The position numbers were made by a program, and so were the translations under genes. Of a stretch of 64,000 nucleotides of DNA, positions 1 through 11,986 are shown piece after piece (the first letter of the stretch is position 1; the number at the start of each line of letters is the position of its first letter). The stretch is from Mayamaea pseudoterrestris (Eukaryota), in NCBI GenBank assembly GCA_027923505.1, contig BROI01000001.1, positions 1,984,001 through 2,048,000 on the forward strand, written 5' to 3'. The notes below the pieces were generated by a model. It was not told where the DNA came from and did no database searches. It was given only the letters and a program-made list of their open reading frames with translations.

Positions 1-325
1 GCGAAAATGACCAGCGAAACTCGAGAAATGCCAGCATAACCACGTGGCATTACGCGGAATGCCTAAGAGGTTAACTAATCGGTCGTGTGTACAAACGTCA
101 TAGTCATAGCAGACCGAAGTGTTTCATGTCATCAGTCATTGCGATGGTTTCGTGGTCGACGCATCGTCGCTTGTTCTATTATAGAGCCTGTCCGGTAGCA
201 TACCGGTAGTTAAATATAATGTGTGTGATGCTCAATGTAGCGGAGTGGTGTATAATGCTCAAGCAAAGAGATTTCTACTTTGCTTCTAAGTCTTTTACAG
301 TCCACCGTCAATCATCTCGAGCACC

Positions 326-2461
326 CTACCTTCTCCGCCACATTGGCATGGTTTGCAAGCTTGTGGGCTCCACTCTTCGCCAAACTGCAAAGTAGTCCTT
401 GTCGTCGTCAGTTTGGCGTACTCGTCGCGATGGGACGCCACGAGTAACAAGCAGGACCGAGTCGACCGACATGACTTGCTGGGGCGCTCGAATCGCACCG
501 AAACAACCAGCAGTCTTTCCACCAAAGAGCCCGGTAAACACACCCCCACTCGTCACGCGCACGCCAGAGCGCCAAAGTATTCGTCGTTTCCTGTTGAACT
601 CGATTCTACCGCTCTGTTCAAACCTGGTGAATCCTTGTGGTCCAGAGGAACTAAACCTGCGATTGTCCACGTCAACAGACTGCCAAGATTCCGTCTTGTT
701 GAAAAATTTGACGCCTTCGCCTCGCTTATCAGCAAGAAGTTGGAGCCTCCAGTAGCCATCCAAATTTTCAAGCATTGCATCCGCGTCGCCGAGTATGAAA
801 TCGTCCGCTCGAAACGAAGATACACTTTCTTCCATAGTCTGTTGTTTGGCTGCAAGTATTGGTCGTCCGTTTATGACAGCTACAGCCTCTGGCTGAGGAG
901 TATTCAAAGTAATCTCCTTTTGAAGAGCGTCATCGAATCGACGAGCGATAGATCGAAGCGCCTGGACAATTTTGAGGCGGCTTTGCTCACCTCCATCCGT
1001 CGCCCGCAGTAGCACTTGTCGGGCTTCTCGGTGCGATCGGACAACATTTTCCGATAGTTTCTTGTAGAAACCTCCTTCAAGGTCTATATATGCCGTATTG
1101 TAGACATCATCAAAGTTCTTGGCAAAGTTAGCAAGTCCAGTGGTATCAATGAATGTATTTTTGGCCTGCTTTCGAGAGAATTCTGATGCCTTGACGTCAT
1201 CGCGCATAAAGGTGAATGCTTCAATGCCATAGAGGAGCTTCTTGGCGTTGACCTTGATTCGTTCTATCCGCGATTCGGTCAAAGCTTTGTAGACCGCAAT
1301 TGCTTCTTGCGTTCGTCCGGCCGCTTCATATGCCATGGCCAGCTCTAGATATACCGATCCTCCCACCTGACTATTCGTGGAACAATATTTGGTCACCTTT
1401 TCAAGCGCCGACACTGCATTGCTGTAGAGGCCCCGTTGCATTGATCGGCTTCCAATCTCCAATGCTTCATTTATTTCTGATGCAAACTCTCGTTCCGACT
1501 TGACATCAATGCCCGCTTTTTCGCGATACCGCTGCAGAATCGCTCTCGTTTCAGCGTCAGCGTCGACGGTTTCCTGCTCCTGACTGTAACCTGGACCAAT
1601 ACGCCTGCCACCGCCATATGCCTTTGATATATCCCGTGGACGAGGAAACGCTCCCCAGGTACCAACTTTGGGCTGATACATGTCTGATTGCGCAGTCTCA
1701 TTTTGCGAAAAAGATCCGCCAATGCCGGTTGTCAGCTGCGCCGACGACGATTGCTGTGCTCGTGCAGCCGCTACTTGCGCCTCGTCCGCCTTGAGTTGTG
1801 CAAGACGTTCCTTCAGCTTCTCGGATGACTGACGTTCCTTTTCAGCTTGCTCGCGTTTCTTCTTTTCGGCAAAGCGCGCTGCAACCAAGGCGACAAGCTC
1901 GTCCTCGGAGCGCTCCTCCTCGACGTCAGCCTTGTTAAACAAGTCTGGGTTAATCAGCGGCTTTCTCAGTTCGGAAGAAGAAGCAACTACTTGAGAAGTT
2001 ATTTCATCTTTAAATAAGGATGCGTCCAGATCACTTGCTGGCTGTGGAAGGGCTCCAAGGCGAGCTTCAAGTGGGCGGGTGCTGTCTTTCTCGAGCGTTC
2101 CATCCAATGAAACAGCTGCGTTTCGGTCGCTTCCACTGCCCATGCCTAGCATTTTGATCTGCTTATCACCAAGTTTGTTTCTAATCTTTATTTCATACAG
2201 TGCGTTTCGATCTGACATTGTCGAGTCGTCATCGACATTGTCATCGTCCTCGTCGATTTCTGCAAAGGATGCATCCGCTTCTCCCTTTTTTAAGCGGCCT
2301 TCGCGTTTCAGTTGTATTATTTTCCGCCGAATTTCATCTTCACGTCGCACTTTTGCAGCCAGTGGAAACTGATTGAACAAATGCATTGGTCTCGTCGTCG
2401 TTTGGAATGCAGAGGCAATGTCGAGCAATGGAAGTAGTAGGAGAACTAAACGAAGCATCAT
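326..2461 (-). CDS. Predicted plastid-targeted TPR-containing protein with possible C-terminal fibrillin/lipocalin-like domain
   Basis: 711-aa ORF. Hydrophobic signal peptide ends in IASAF (diatom ASAFAP-type cleavage motif). Contains the YQPKVGTWGAFPRPRDISKAYGGGRRI motif I recall from plant chloroplast TPR proteins, TPR-like helices (VYLELAMAYEAAGRTQEAIAVYKAL) and a beta-rich C-terminus starting LDGYWRLQL. Confidence 0.75.
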   Translation of the reverse strand: MMLRLVLLLLPLLDIASAFQTTTRPMHLFNQFPLAAKVRREDEIRRKIIQLKREGRLKKGEADASFAEIDEDDDNVDDDSTMSDRNALYEIKIRNKLGDKQIKMLGMGSGSDRNAAVSLDGTLEKDSTRPLEARLGALPQPASDLDASLFKDEITSQVVASSSELRKPLINPDLFNKADVEEERSEDELVALVAARFAEKKKREQAEKERQSSEKLKERLAQLKADEAQVAAARAQQSSSAQLTTGIGGSFSQNETAQSDMYQPKVGTWGAFPRPRDISKAYGGGRRIGPGYSQEQETVDADAETRAILQRYREKAGIDVKSEREFASEINEALEIGSRSMQRGLYSNAVSALEKVTKYCSTNSQVGGSVYLELAMAYEAAGRTQEAIAVYKALTESRIERIKVNAKKLLYGIEAFTFMRDDVKASEFSRKQAKNTFIDTTGLANFAKNFDDVYNTAYIDLEGGFYKKLSENVVRSHREARQVLLRATDGGEQSRLKIVQALRSIARRFDDALQKEITLNTPQPEAVAVINGRPILAAKQQTMEESVSSFRADDFILGDADAMLENLDGYWRLQLLADKRGEGVKFFNKTESWQSVDVDNRRFSSSGPQGFTRFEQSGRIEFNRKRRILWRSGVRVTSGGVFTGLFGGKTAGCFGAIRAPQQVMSVDSVLLVTRGVPSRRVRQTDDDKDYFAVWRRVEPTSLQTMPMWRRR

Positions 2462-2895
2462 TGTGTCGCCAAAACTTTTCTTCTTACGTGCAAAAAGATG
2501 TATGACTTTTGTTTCTCACGGCAAATCGTTGGAGAAGGTTCCCGCAGAGAGTTGCAGGCCGTTTGACAGCAAGCTGTCAGGCGAAAGTTCTGGACGACAG
2601 AAGAAACCGCCATGGTCAGAGTCGCTCGTCTCATTCAAATTCTTCAAGGCGCGAGCTGACGTGGCAATGGTGTACCGCTACGACTCGCAAGCTATCTAAC
2701 ATGACCCAGCCGTTAACTTAAAGAAAAAAGTCCCTAGCAGCACCACTATCACATCCCCAGCTTGAAAAATAATATGCATCAAATGAGTAAGCTCAAGTGG
2801 TTTTGTTTTTTACGCGAGAGACGTATCTGACATGTTAGCTACTCGTATATGCCAAGACGTGATGTAAACGGAACGAAAATGTTCAGCCTCTGCCA

Positions 2896-3699
2896 CTATA
2901 AGAAGTCGTCAGGATTCTCTTTTGTTGGTACCGCTTCTGGAATGTTCGTCAGAAAATGAAGAGCATCCTTTAGTTCCTTGTTGTTTACCATTTGTGGATG
3001 AACATAGAGAGGCACGCCTTTGGCTGTAAAGTTGCACATGGGCCTGTATCCCTCGTAGGCGGCCAAGTCAAGGGACGGATCAAAGACAGTCTCAGTCCGG
3101 CCAAGGAACAAACTCTTGGACACTGCCTTGAATAGAAAGGGGCCTTTTAATGTTGTCGGATCTGCAGGGGTTGGGATGTCCGTTTTAGATTGTACGGCAG
3201 CATCCAAGTGGTCATCTTCGTTTGGTTTCTTAGACGAACAAAGGCGAACTGGTATCTTGTAGATCTCGTACACATATGGATGGAAAATGTAATGAACAGC
3301 GGCAGTTGATCCCCACGACATCATGCAAAACATGATCCCAGTTGCCAGCAATCCAGTTGTTGGTAACTCGCCTCCCTTGAGCGAAATGACCAAGGGCAAA
3401 CCAAGGCTTCCGCAGACTCCAGTTGCAAGTGAAACGGTGCGCAGGCGAGTCACTACTGTCCCGAGAGGACTTTCGTAGAGTAGTTGCGATATTCTAGACT
3501 CATCTTCCACTGGTTTTCCATCATCATTTGCATTGCTTCCAAAGGTGCGTCGGATTATCGGATGACTATGATCCGGTCGCAGCTTCCACTCCGATGTTGC
3601 GCTCATGCGAAGTGTCCGCGCAATTGATGAAGAGCAACTCATTCGGAGTTTCAATTTCACAGAAGAAACTCCTAAACTCCTTGCTAGAGGCGCCAACAT
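2896..3699 (-). CDS. TMEM70: TMEM70-like mitochondrial inner-membrane protein (ATP synthase assembly factor family)
   Basis: Arg/Ser-rich presequence; LLYESPLGTVVTRLRTVSL followed by two TM helices, HYIFHPYVYEIY and C-terminal TETVF...NFTAKGVPLYVHP follow the TMEM70 family pattern. Confidence 0.7.
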   Translation of the reverse strand: MLAPLARSLGVSSVKLKLRMSCSSSIARTLRMSATSEWKLRPDHSHPIIRRTFGSNANDDGKPVEDESRISQLLYESPLGTVVTRLRTVSLATGVCGSLGLPLVISLKGGELPTTGLLATGIMFCMMSWGSTAAVHYIFHPYVYEIYKIPVRLCSSKKPNEDDHLDAAVQSKTDIPTPADPTTLKGPFLFKAVSKSLFLGRTETVFDPSLDLAAYEGYRPMCNFTAKGVPLYVHPQMVNNKELKDALHFLTNIPEAVPTKENPDDFL

Positions 3700-3887
3700 G
3701 TTCGAAAAAAATTGGTGGTGTGTGACAGCAATCGGCCATCGAACAATCGAAAGAATTACGAGTACCGGAGCGATGTTTTACTATGTCACCATGCGCTATC
3801 ATCATCCCGGATGTTTAAACAACTTGACAGACTACAAGTAGACCCAGTGATGATGGAAAGTAATGCAATGGGCTCTATAATAAGTAT

Positions 3888-5523
3888 TTAAGGAGTATAG
3901 CGGCCTTGCGTTGCCGCTGGGTTGCCACACGACTTAAGGTCGACACAAAGGACTGAAAAATTGTCCGTCGACCCGCATGACCGGGCATGCTCACAAAGGT
4001 TTCGTGCCGCCCACTTGAAGCGATTCGTGTCAATCTTTAACTTGCCATCCTCCATGGCGCATGACGACGCTATCACTACATGAGCAGCCTCTTCATTGTC
4101 CATGACGTCCCAAACACCGTCGCTTGAAATAATGAGGAATAGATCATCCTTTCCGACATCATACTCGCAAATCTCCGGCTCTGCGGTAATGTATGGCTTC
4201 AACGAGGCATCCCCAATGCTTCTTGAAACAGCCAACAAGCCTTCGACGCGCCATCTACCCCAGTAAATGACACGTCCACCAAGTTCCGAAATGCGTCGCG
4301 TCTCGTCTGGCATGCCTGGCTTGTGGTCGCGGCTAAGACGCACAATGGACCCATCGCGTCGTACAACAATGGCTCTCGAGTCGCCCGCGTTGGAACAAAC
4401 AATGCGACGACCACCCACCATGGTGACGCAGCAAGCCGTTGTGCCATCGGGATAGCCAGTTCCCACAAAGTCTTCATCGACTGTTGTAAATGCATTCTTC
4501 ATCGAGTAGCCAAGGTCATAGGGATATGATGCATCGTTGCGAATATACGCCGACATCCAGTCGGCGCAAAACTGACTCGCCTTGTCGCCGCCGTGGCCGT
4601 CAAAAATCCCAAAAAAAGTCAGCGGCATCGTAAGTCGCTTCGTCTTTTTCGGCCCGTACGTCACCTCAACGTCTTGTGAGTTTGTCCTTGATGCAACTGG
4701 ACTGACTTCTACTTGAACGGCATCCAAATCTTCAATTACATATCTGCAAAGGAGAAAGAGAAGAGTGGTTCGTAAGAAGACTAATCATCTGCGGACTATT
4801 CAACACGACTGCACACCACCGCCATGCAATAAATACATACCTGTCTTCCATGTACGGTCTCCCACCCATGTCACTCCAATGACTAACATTCAAATGAACA
4901 TGGTTCGGCCTCAGCTCCCGTCGCTCCATGACGCTTGGTCCAGTCGGTTGCTTCTCGGCACCATCCGTCACACTCGACCGGAGCGAGTACCTGACGCGAT
5001 GAATGTCTGGCGGCAGACTGGCGGGCAGGCTTCCGAACAAGTCTCCCATTTCACTCGCCAACGGGCTTGGAGGTGCCGTCAGGACCGTTTCGCCGCCTCC
5101 GCCCTGTAGACGCTTGCTTTTGAACATGGTGGGGACTCCCAGACAAGTCTTGGTGCCAATGCCATTTAAGGACATGCAGTGCTGTCTATAGGATTGTCCA
5201 GGATCAGAGTCATATGGATCAAGCTCCTCGTCATCGTCGTCGTCAATCACATTGGGACTTTTGGGATTACGAAAGGAACGCCGACTGTTCTTTTTGGTGT
5301 CCGTCGTTCGACTCTCCAATGGAGTTCCAGCGCTTGCGGCTTGCTGCTGCTGCTGCTTGTCGAGTCTTCGTCGCCTTCGGTCAAACATTTGAAGTCTACT
5401 CTTTTGCTGTTGTTGCTGCTGCTGCGGCGGCGGAGGATAGACTGGCGCCGACTCTTGCGCGTAGCGGTCGTTGGCGGCCAAGGTTGCCGAGACTTCCGCG
5501 GATGATCGATACGACGGTGCCAT
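3888..5523 (-). CDS. Protein phosphatase 2C (PPM family), two exons, intron 4744-4840
   Basis: A GTATGT donor at 4840 and TTGCAG acceptor at 4744 join GGRPYMEDR|YVIEDLDAV in frame. PPM motifs MED, FDGHGG, GTT, NAGDSR, DHKP, LAVSRSIGD, SDGVWD and DN are present. Confidence 0.93.
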
Positions 5524-6191
5524 GGTGATATTGCTAAAGGTGCGAATTGATGCGTTTCTATAGCCTCTGTCGCTTGATCAGACAGTTCCTTGCCAAAATG
5601 CAATGGAACGGGACTTTTTGGATCGCTAGCTCTGCAGCAGCAAATCGTGTTCAATTCCAAGGACTTTGAGTTGGTGGCACTCCAATGGATCGCGCCAAAA
5701 TCTCAAGTTCGTCTGGCGCGTCGTTGAAAGAATCCCGTTTTTTACTTTGCAGGTTGTCGACTACTAGACTGTCAACGTCTCGTTTCTAGCAAATGCTACA
5801 AGTAAGGATTGCAAGCAAGGAGGTAAAGAAACAGGCGGGGACGGGTGTGACCAATTGCGGTCGGAGCAGCAGCGCCACAGAAATTGCGCGGAGGCAACTT
5901 GCGACATCTCCCGCAACGGCCCCTGGTAGGAAAGTCTACGTGGCCTTGCGGGACTCCTGGAAGAAGATACCTTGGAAGCCGAATCGGCGAACAACCAGCG
6001 ATCGCAAGATTGATATCCCTAGCTGTAAGTGAGTAATATAAGCCCCTTTTCATTGCCGCGTGTCGTCGTGGGTACTGCTACGACACGCAATTCATGATCG
6101 AACGTTTCACGAGAAACAACCATGACGAATGCTCCGCACTCCGCACCCTTCCAGTGTGCTTGGAAACTGCGACGGCTAACGCACTCTTACC

Positions 6192-6809
6192 ATGTCACTT
6201 GCCGACTTTCAGCGACGCCTAGCCGCTGTGGAGCTGGAAATGGGCATTGATGCCGCCAGTAAGGGCGATACAAACAACAATGATTTAGTTCGTCGCCTCG
6301 ACATGCTGGAGCATCAACTGGCAGCCAAACTGCGACCACACGAGCTTCAAGAAGTATTTGCTGAATCGGAACGTTTATTTGAGGAGCTAAATCCAGGAGC
6401 AGCGCTTACGTATCAGACGGATGTTTCGGCTCCATTGATGTACCGGAAACAGATGGTGCTCGCGTCGGCACCAGATACGCTCGACGACTTGGATCAACTA
6501 GCTAGTATCTATTCATTGATTGCCATTGGACAAGATATTGACAATAAGACGAAATGTCTAACGGAGGATCAAATTGTTAATGCGCCGATTCTGTCGACGG
6601 AAGTTTCCCAAAACGACAAGGATCGACTCGAAACGTGTGTCGAGCAGTTTGTGGGGATGCAAAAAACAGTGGAACAGGCTGCTTCCGATCTTGATGTCAT
6701 TGTGGATGAATACCAGCGACTCGTCTCGGCTACATCGGCCAAGATGCTTGCCTTGGACGAGGAGCTGCGGCGACGAGAAAGTAGAAAGGCAAGCGAAGCT
6801 AAACTGTAA
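6192..6809 (+). CDS. DCTN3: Dynactin subunit 3 (p22/p24)-like coiled-coil protein
   Basis: 205-aa all-helical protein. N-terminus LADFQRRLAAVELE and C-terminus IVDEYQRLVSATSAKMLALDEEL resemble DCTN3 (LTDLQRLQARVEELE ... [23 protein letters not shown], from memory). Confidence 0.6.
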   Translation: MSLADFQRRLAAVELEMGIDAASKGDTNNNDLVRRLDMLEHQLAAKLRPHELQEVFAESERLFEELNPGAALTYQTDVSAPLMYRKQMVLASAPDTLDDLDQLASIYSLIAIGQDIDNKTKCLTEDQIVNAPILSTEVSQNDKDRLETCVEQFVGMQKTVEQAASDLDVIVDEYQRLVSATSAKMLALDEELRRRESRKASEAKL

Positions 6810-6861
6810 ATTGTTTACATGAAAATTGATACATTAAAATTATATAGATAGAATATGTGAT

Positions 6862-9341
6862 TTACTTTGGCAGCAGACTCTTGTATCGGTTTGTCACCTG
6901 GTCTCTCTTGACCTTGTAGCTTTGCGTCAAGAGACCATTAGCCATTGCAAAGGGTTCCAGCGTCAAGTAAACCTCTGACACTTGCTCCCACTTGCGGAAT
7001 TCCTTGGTCGCTCGAGAAACATCAGCCTTTAACGCAGCCTTTAGATCAGAGTTGCTACGAAGTCGGTCGGCAGCCTCATTTAACGCGCGGCTGAACCGTT
7101 CGCAGTCTTCCTCGCTGCACTTTGGGTCGTTGACCTTGTCACCGGCAACTTGAAGTATGTCGGCTTCTTCCTTGGTCAAGAAATTACCATTGAAAAGCTC
7201 CATCACACTCAATACAATAATGGCAACCAAGCTTCGGCCATCCTGGCCCGTCAGCATTATCTGACTCACATAAGGTGACGCTCCCATGATGGCGTCTTCT
7301 ATTGGTACTGGTTCAATGTTCTCGCCATTCGATAGAACAATCGTGTCCTTGGCTCGGCCTGTGAGTATTAAATCGCCAGTGGCAGGATTAATCCGGCCAA
7401 GATCACCCGTGTCAAACCAGCCGAACTTGTCAACAGCCTTGGCTGTGTCGACTGGGTTCTTGTAGTAGCCCTTCATGACTTGCGGACCTCGACCAATGAC
7501 GACGCCAATTTGTCCGTCTGGAAGAGCTGGCCTAGGTCGATCAGTCACTTTGCTTTCGGGATCGACTATTCGAATCTCAGTGTCGAGGCAAGGTAGGCCA
7601 GCACATCCGGCGGTGACAAGGTTGGCATCACTTCGTCGATATGCGAGAAGAGGCGAGCATTCCGTCAGTCCGTATCCGACGCATACCCGAAGGCCAGCTG
7701 CTTCGTAGAATGATTCGAGCGATCCTGCTAATGCGCTTCCGCCTGATATAATTGTTTTGACTCGCCCGCCAAAACCATCCTTCACCTTGCCCCAAACCAA
7801 CTTGTTTCCAACGGCATTGACTGGTGCTAGTGCGGCAACAATTGCTTTGGATGTAAATTTCGTCAACGCTCCCGGCTTGTCGTCCGCGGCAACGACGCTG
7901 CTTGCAATCTTGCGATGTTTTGCTGCCGTGGAAGATGTTTTTGTAAAGAATTTGGAAAGCGCTTGCACCGCGGGTCCGCCTGTCGAAAACTTGTCCAGCA
8001 CCCCAAACGCAATCTTTTCCAACACACGCGGTACAAGTACCATCCATTGTGGCTTGTGCTTCGCCAAGTCATTCTTAAAGGTGCGAATGGTGCTGTATAC
8101 GACGGCGCACCCGCGCGAGGCCATCCATAGTTCGAACGTTCGTTCCGTAATGTGCCAAACCGGAAGCAGTGACACCATTATATCACCAGGCATTGGTTCT
8201 GATTCCTCATATGGCTGATTGATTGAGAGGCGATGCCCTGTTTGATGCAGCAAGTTGCCGTGGGTAAGCATAACGCCCTTTGGTCGTCCCGTAGTGCCTA
8301 AGAAAAGACGGATCATCGGTAAGTGCTGTGCGTGGCGAAAAGTTACGTCACAAAGGGACGATCGGTATATTTACCAGACGTGTACACAATTGTTGCCAGG
8401 TCCTCCTTTCCAATCTTTGGTCGGCGCGATTGACCCAACGGCTGTGCAGCCGCAAGAAGGTCGGAAAAGACGAGAATGTCAATGTCAAGTTGCTTGGCCA
8501 TTTTCGCGATATCGTCGTCAGTCTTTTTCTCACGGTGCATGAGTATAATAGTCTTCAGTGGTCCATATTTCGCATTTGACAAACCAAGAGATGGCATGTT
8601 CTTTGCCTTTGCATCTGTGGCTAGCCGCTGCAGTAGCTTGGGGCCCTGCAAAACTACAACGCCTGCCGAGTCGCTGTGCTCGTAAATGTATCGCAGCTCA
8701 TCCAACGGTGCGTCCGCACCTCTGACGGCGGAGGCTCCGCCGGCTAGTTGTAGGCCATGATCCACCAGTAACCAAACAGCACTATTTTCCGCAAAAATGG
8801 CAACGTTGACTCCCTTGTTGACGCCAAGATTAGTAAAGACGGATGCACTCTTTTGTACGGCATCATTCATTTGCGCAAACGTATAATCAATCTTGTCGTC
8901 GCACAAGTGCTCGTCCAGCAAGGCTCGTTTATCGGGACAATATTTTGCCAGTTCCATCCATAGTTCTGGACAGCTTTGTAATTGATTTCGCATTGTCGCG
9001 AGCTTGTTGACGAGGGGATCAGACGCGCAGTAGTCGAGCGGACTGAGTGGATGGACAGGATCATTTAGTATGTTACCAAACTTGTCCTTGACGCGATGCT
9101 GCATCGGAAATGGAGGATGGGGTACATAGTCTGCGTCTTGTCCGAACAGCAAATCTTCCTCCTCTGATGTTAGTCGTTCCGGCTGTGGCTTCTTGTCGAT
9201 ATGCGTCCCCTGTTCAATGGTGCTGGCATGAAGCTTCACGACCGATCGGGTCGGACGATGCGACGGAGTAAAAGCATTGCTGTAATCAGCTGATAATGAG
9301 AGTAGAATAAGGCTAATTGGCAGCAGTCCTAGGGACATCAT
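6862..9341 (-). CDS. Plastid-targeted long-chain acyl-CoA/acyl-ACP synthetase (AMP-binding family), intron 8298-8374
   Basis: Start MMSLGLL...YSNAF (signal peptide + AF). A GTAAAT..TTAG intron restores the P-loop YTSG|TTGRPKG. GYGLTE, GWFDTGDLG, GRAKD and LLTQSYKVKR motifs are present. Confidence 0.92.
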
Positions 9342-9561
9342 CGTTGCTTCCAATCGTCCTTGTTGGTTGCTGCAGTTCCCATCAGTCGATGATGGCGTCG
9401 CGTTCCACTTGGCCTTGAAGTGGGCGCGGCGTTGAAGATCCCCGCGCCGCACCGCGACCAGTGTGTCGCAGCATGACTCGAAAACTAGCGCGCGTTTCGT
9501 TTGGCGATCTCCTTGTACAACTTTAATTTGACAATCCATTCAAAAATGTGAAAGTTATTGC

Positions 9562-11702
9562 TTACGACGAGGCTACTCGCTCATCGACATCTCCTTCATC
9601 ATCGCTACTTTCAGCAGCTTCGGCATCGTCTCGTGCCAACCTCTCCCGCAGCAAGGCAGCGCTCGCATCTGGCAAACTGTGATGGGATAACAGTGGATTT
9701 AACTCGTCCAACCAGCCCAGATGCTCCATCAACTCCAATAGAGTCGACTCACAGTCACCAGCTGCAAAATAGTCGCGCTTTGATTCAGCCTCATCAAAAT
9801 TCATGCCCAAGTGGTGGCCCTCGGGATCGCGGTTCACCAGCACCCGTAGCGCCGATCGCGGAACGCGCCAAACAATGCTGTTGGCTGGTGCAACTCGCAG
9901 CGATGTACCAATGACGAGCAGTAAATCCACGTCTTGTACGTCATGAGGCAAATGATTGAAAAACACTGGTGGCAAGCTGGCTCGAAAAAGGACTATGGAT
10001 GGTTTCACTGTTTTGCTGCCGCAAACGTTGCAAATGATCGGACTCGATTCCGCAGGCGCGTCAGGATCTTGCCCCGAAAGGTCCTTGATTTGTGTCTTGA
10101 CCTTGGCAGCAAAGTCTGCAAAGTCACTTTCATTGTGACACATGGCGCATTCCGCGCGATCCAAAGAGCCATGCACAGCAATCACCTTATCGCGAGGCAA
10201 ATGTACGCATTGATCCTCGAGTCCATCAATGTTTTGCGTATACAAGCGAACAAGCTTGTCACCCAGTTTCCGGTGTAACAGTTCGACAAAGCGATGCGCC
10301 AGCGTTGACTTCCACTTTTGCTCTCGCGTTCCAATGATAAAGTCGCGCGTCAGCTCCAAGCAAGGCAACGGATTCTCAATGAAAAAGTGATGGTCAAGCG
10401 CCGATGATGGGTCAACTCTCATTTTCCGGCGGTGCTCCAATGACGCCGTTACCAAATCGGGATTCATGGTCGCATACAAGCCGTCCGAACTCCGAAAGTC
10501 CGGAATGCCGCTCGCTACTGACATGCCGGCACCTGCCAAGATTAATATTCGTTGACACTTGTCGGAAAGTATAAACTGCGCCAGTGACTCCAGAGAATTG
10601 GGTTTCTCCTCAAACGGATACTCAATTTCCTCATTTTCGTCGCCAATGAGACCAGCCAGCTGAGCCTCCTGTAGAATGAGCTCAATGGGAATGCCTTGCT
10701 CCGCCGCTGCCGCCCTTATCATGTCGAGAATGTTTCGTCCGTTTGGGCCCGCCAAGTCAAGTTCGATCGAGCCTGGATCCTCGTCGGAGCTCTCGGACGC
10801 GTCATTGTCGTCGTTTGATAATTTGCTTTGAAGCGTTTGTCCTGCAGCGGATCCAACGATTCGCGTTTCGCGAACTACTTGTAATTGGAATGGTTGGAGA
10901 GTTAAGACACGCGAAAGGTTAACATGCAGCATAAATTGTACTGCCCTGCCTACTTCTACTCACATTCCATGTCGTCGTCCGAATCGAGCTTTGCCTTCTT
11001 GTTGGATGACTGCTGCGGCTGCTGCTGCTCTGCTTGGCCAAACTTGAGCTCCTCCAATCGCTGCACAATAGGCTGCAACTTGGGATTATCGTGTGTCACC
11101 AAGTAACGTTGGCACTCGTGACACCAAACACTAAGATCCGCCAAGCTTACAACAAGGGCATGCCCCGAAGCTGCATCGTCATTACTTGACAACTGCTCTC
11201 GCTTGGTTTCCTTCCAATGATCGAGCGAGTGTCCATTGACGTAGCGACTGCAACGCACGCACGCGCATGACAGGCACAGCCAGTTTTCGCCGGGCGGACA
11301 GGCGCCCGACTCGTCTTTCACCGCCTTGGAGCGACCAATACATGATTGGTTCTTGCTACTTTCACTGGTATGATAATCGCAAATGCAATCTTGTGGTAGA
11401 TGCGGCAGCTGATCCAACGCGACCATTACCAGCGAGTCAACGTGAGGACAATTGAAAATGGGCGTCACTGGACCGCCTTGATCTTGCGCCAAGTCATGAT
11501 CCAAAATATAATTGTACGCCATTGTCACATCATAGGGACTACCAATGGCATCTAAAGCAATCTCGGCGACGGGTCGTTCGAAACCAAAGGTCGAGACGAG
11601 GTGATCCATTGCTTGACAGCGACGAGCGGCGGCTTCGTCATTGTTTACGGTGGACGCTGCTGCTGCAGTAGAAGGGGGTGAGGGCTCACTGCTATCTGCC
11701 AT
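9562..11702 (-). CDS. UBA-like + ZnF-UBP + class I sirtuin (NAD-dependent deacylase) fusion, intron 10875-10963, ~683 aa
   Basis: Exon 1 has UBA-like helices ([23 protein letters not shown]) and a ZnF-UBP ([34 protein letters not shown]). A GTGAGT donor at 10963 and AAGTAG acceptor keep frame into the sirtuin ([26 protein letters not shown], CxxC..CxxC, KPSIVLF, GTSL). Confidence 0.85.
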
Positions 11703-11986
11703 TTCGTTGCTTTGTCGCTACTGTTTTCCTGGAGCAATGTAATGTAGAAATGTAAACGCAGCTTGTCCAAGTGCGAGCGCAGCGGCCTCTCCGCCATGGT
11801 GGATGCGCCGGCGAGGAATCCCGATGCGATGACGTGGCGCGCTCATCCGTTTCCGAATCCACGTCATTCAATACCGCAGCGACATCCACAAAACCGCACC
11901 TCGTCGCGACGACCAACCATGGATGCAGCACTATAGTCTCGACAGACGACCTTGCAATCTAGTCTTGATACTTTAACATAACAATC

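Noticed and set aside
5340..5425. CAG/CTG microsatellites here and at ~36550 and ~14740
   Set aside because: Ordinary poly-Gln coding tracts.
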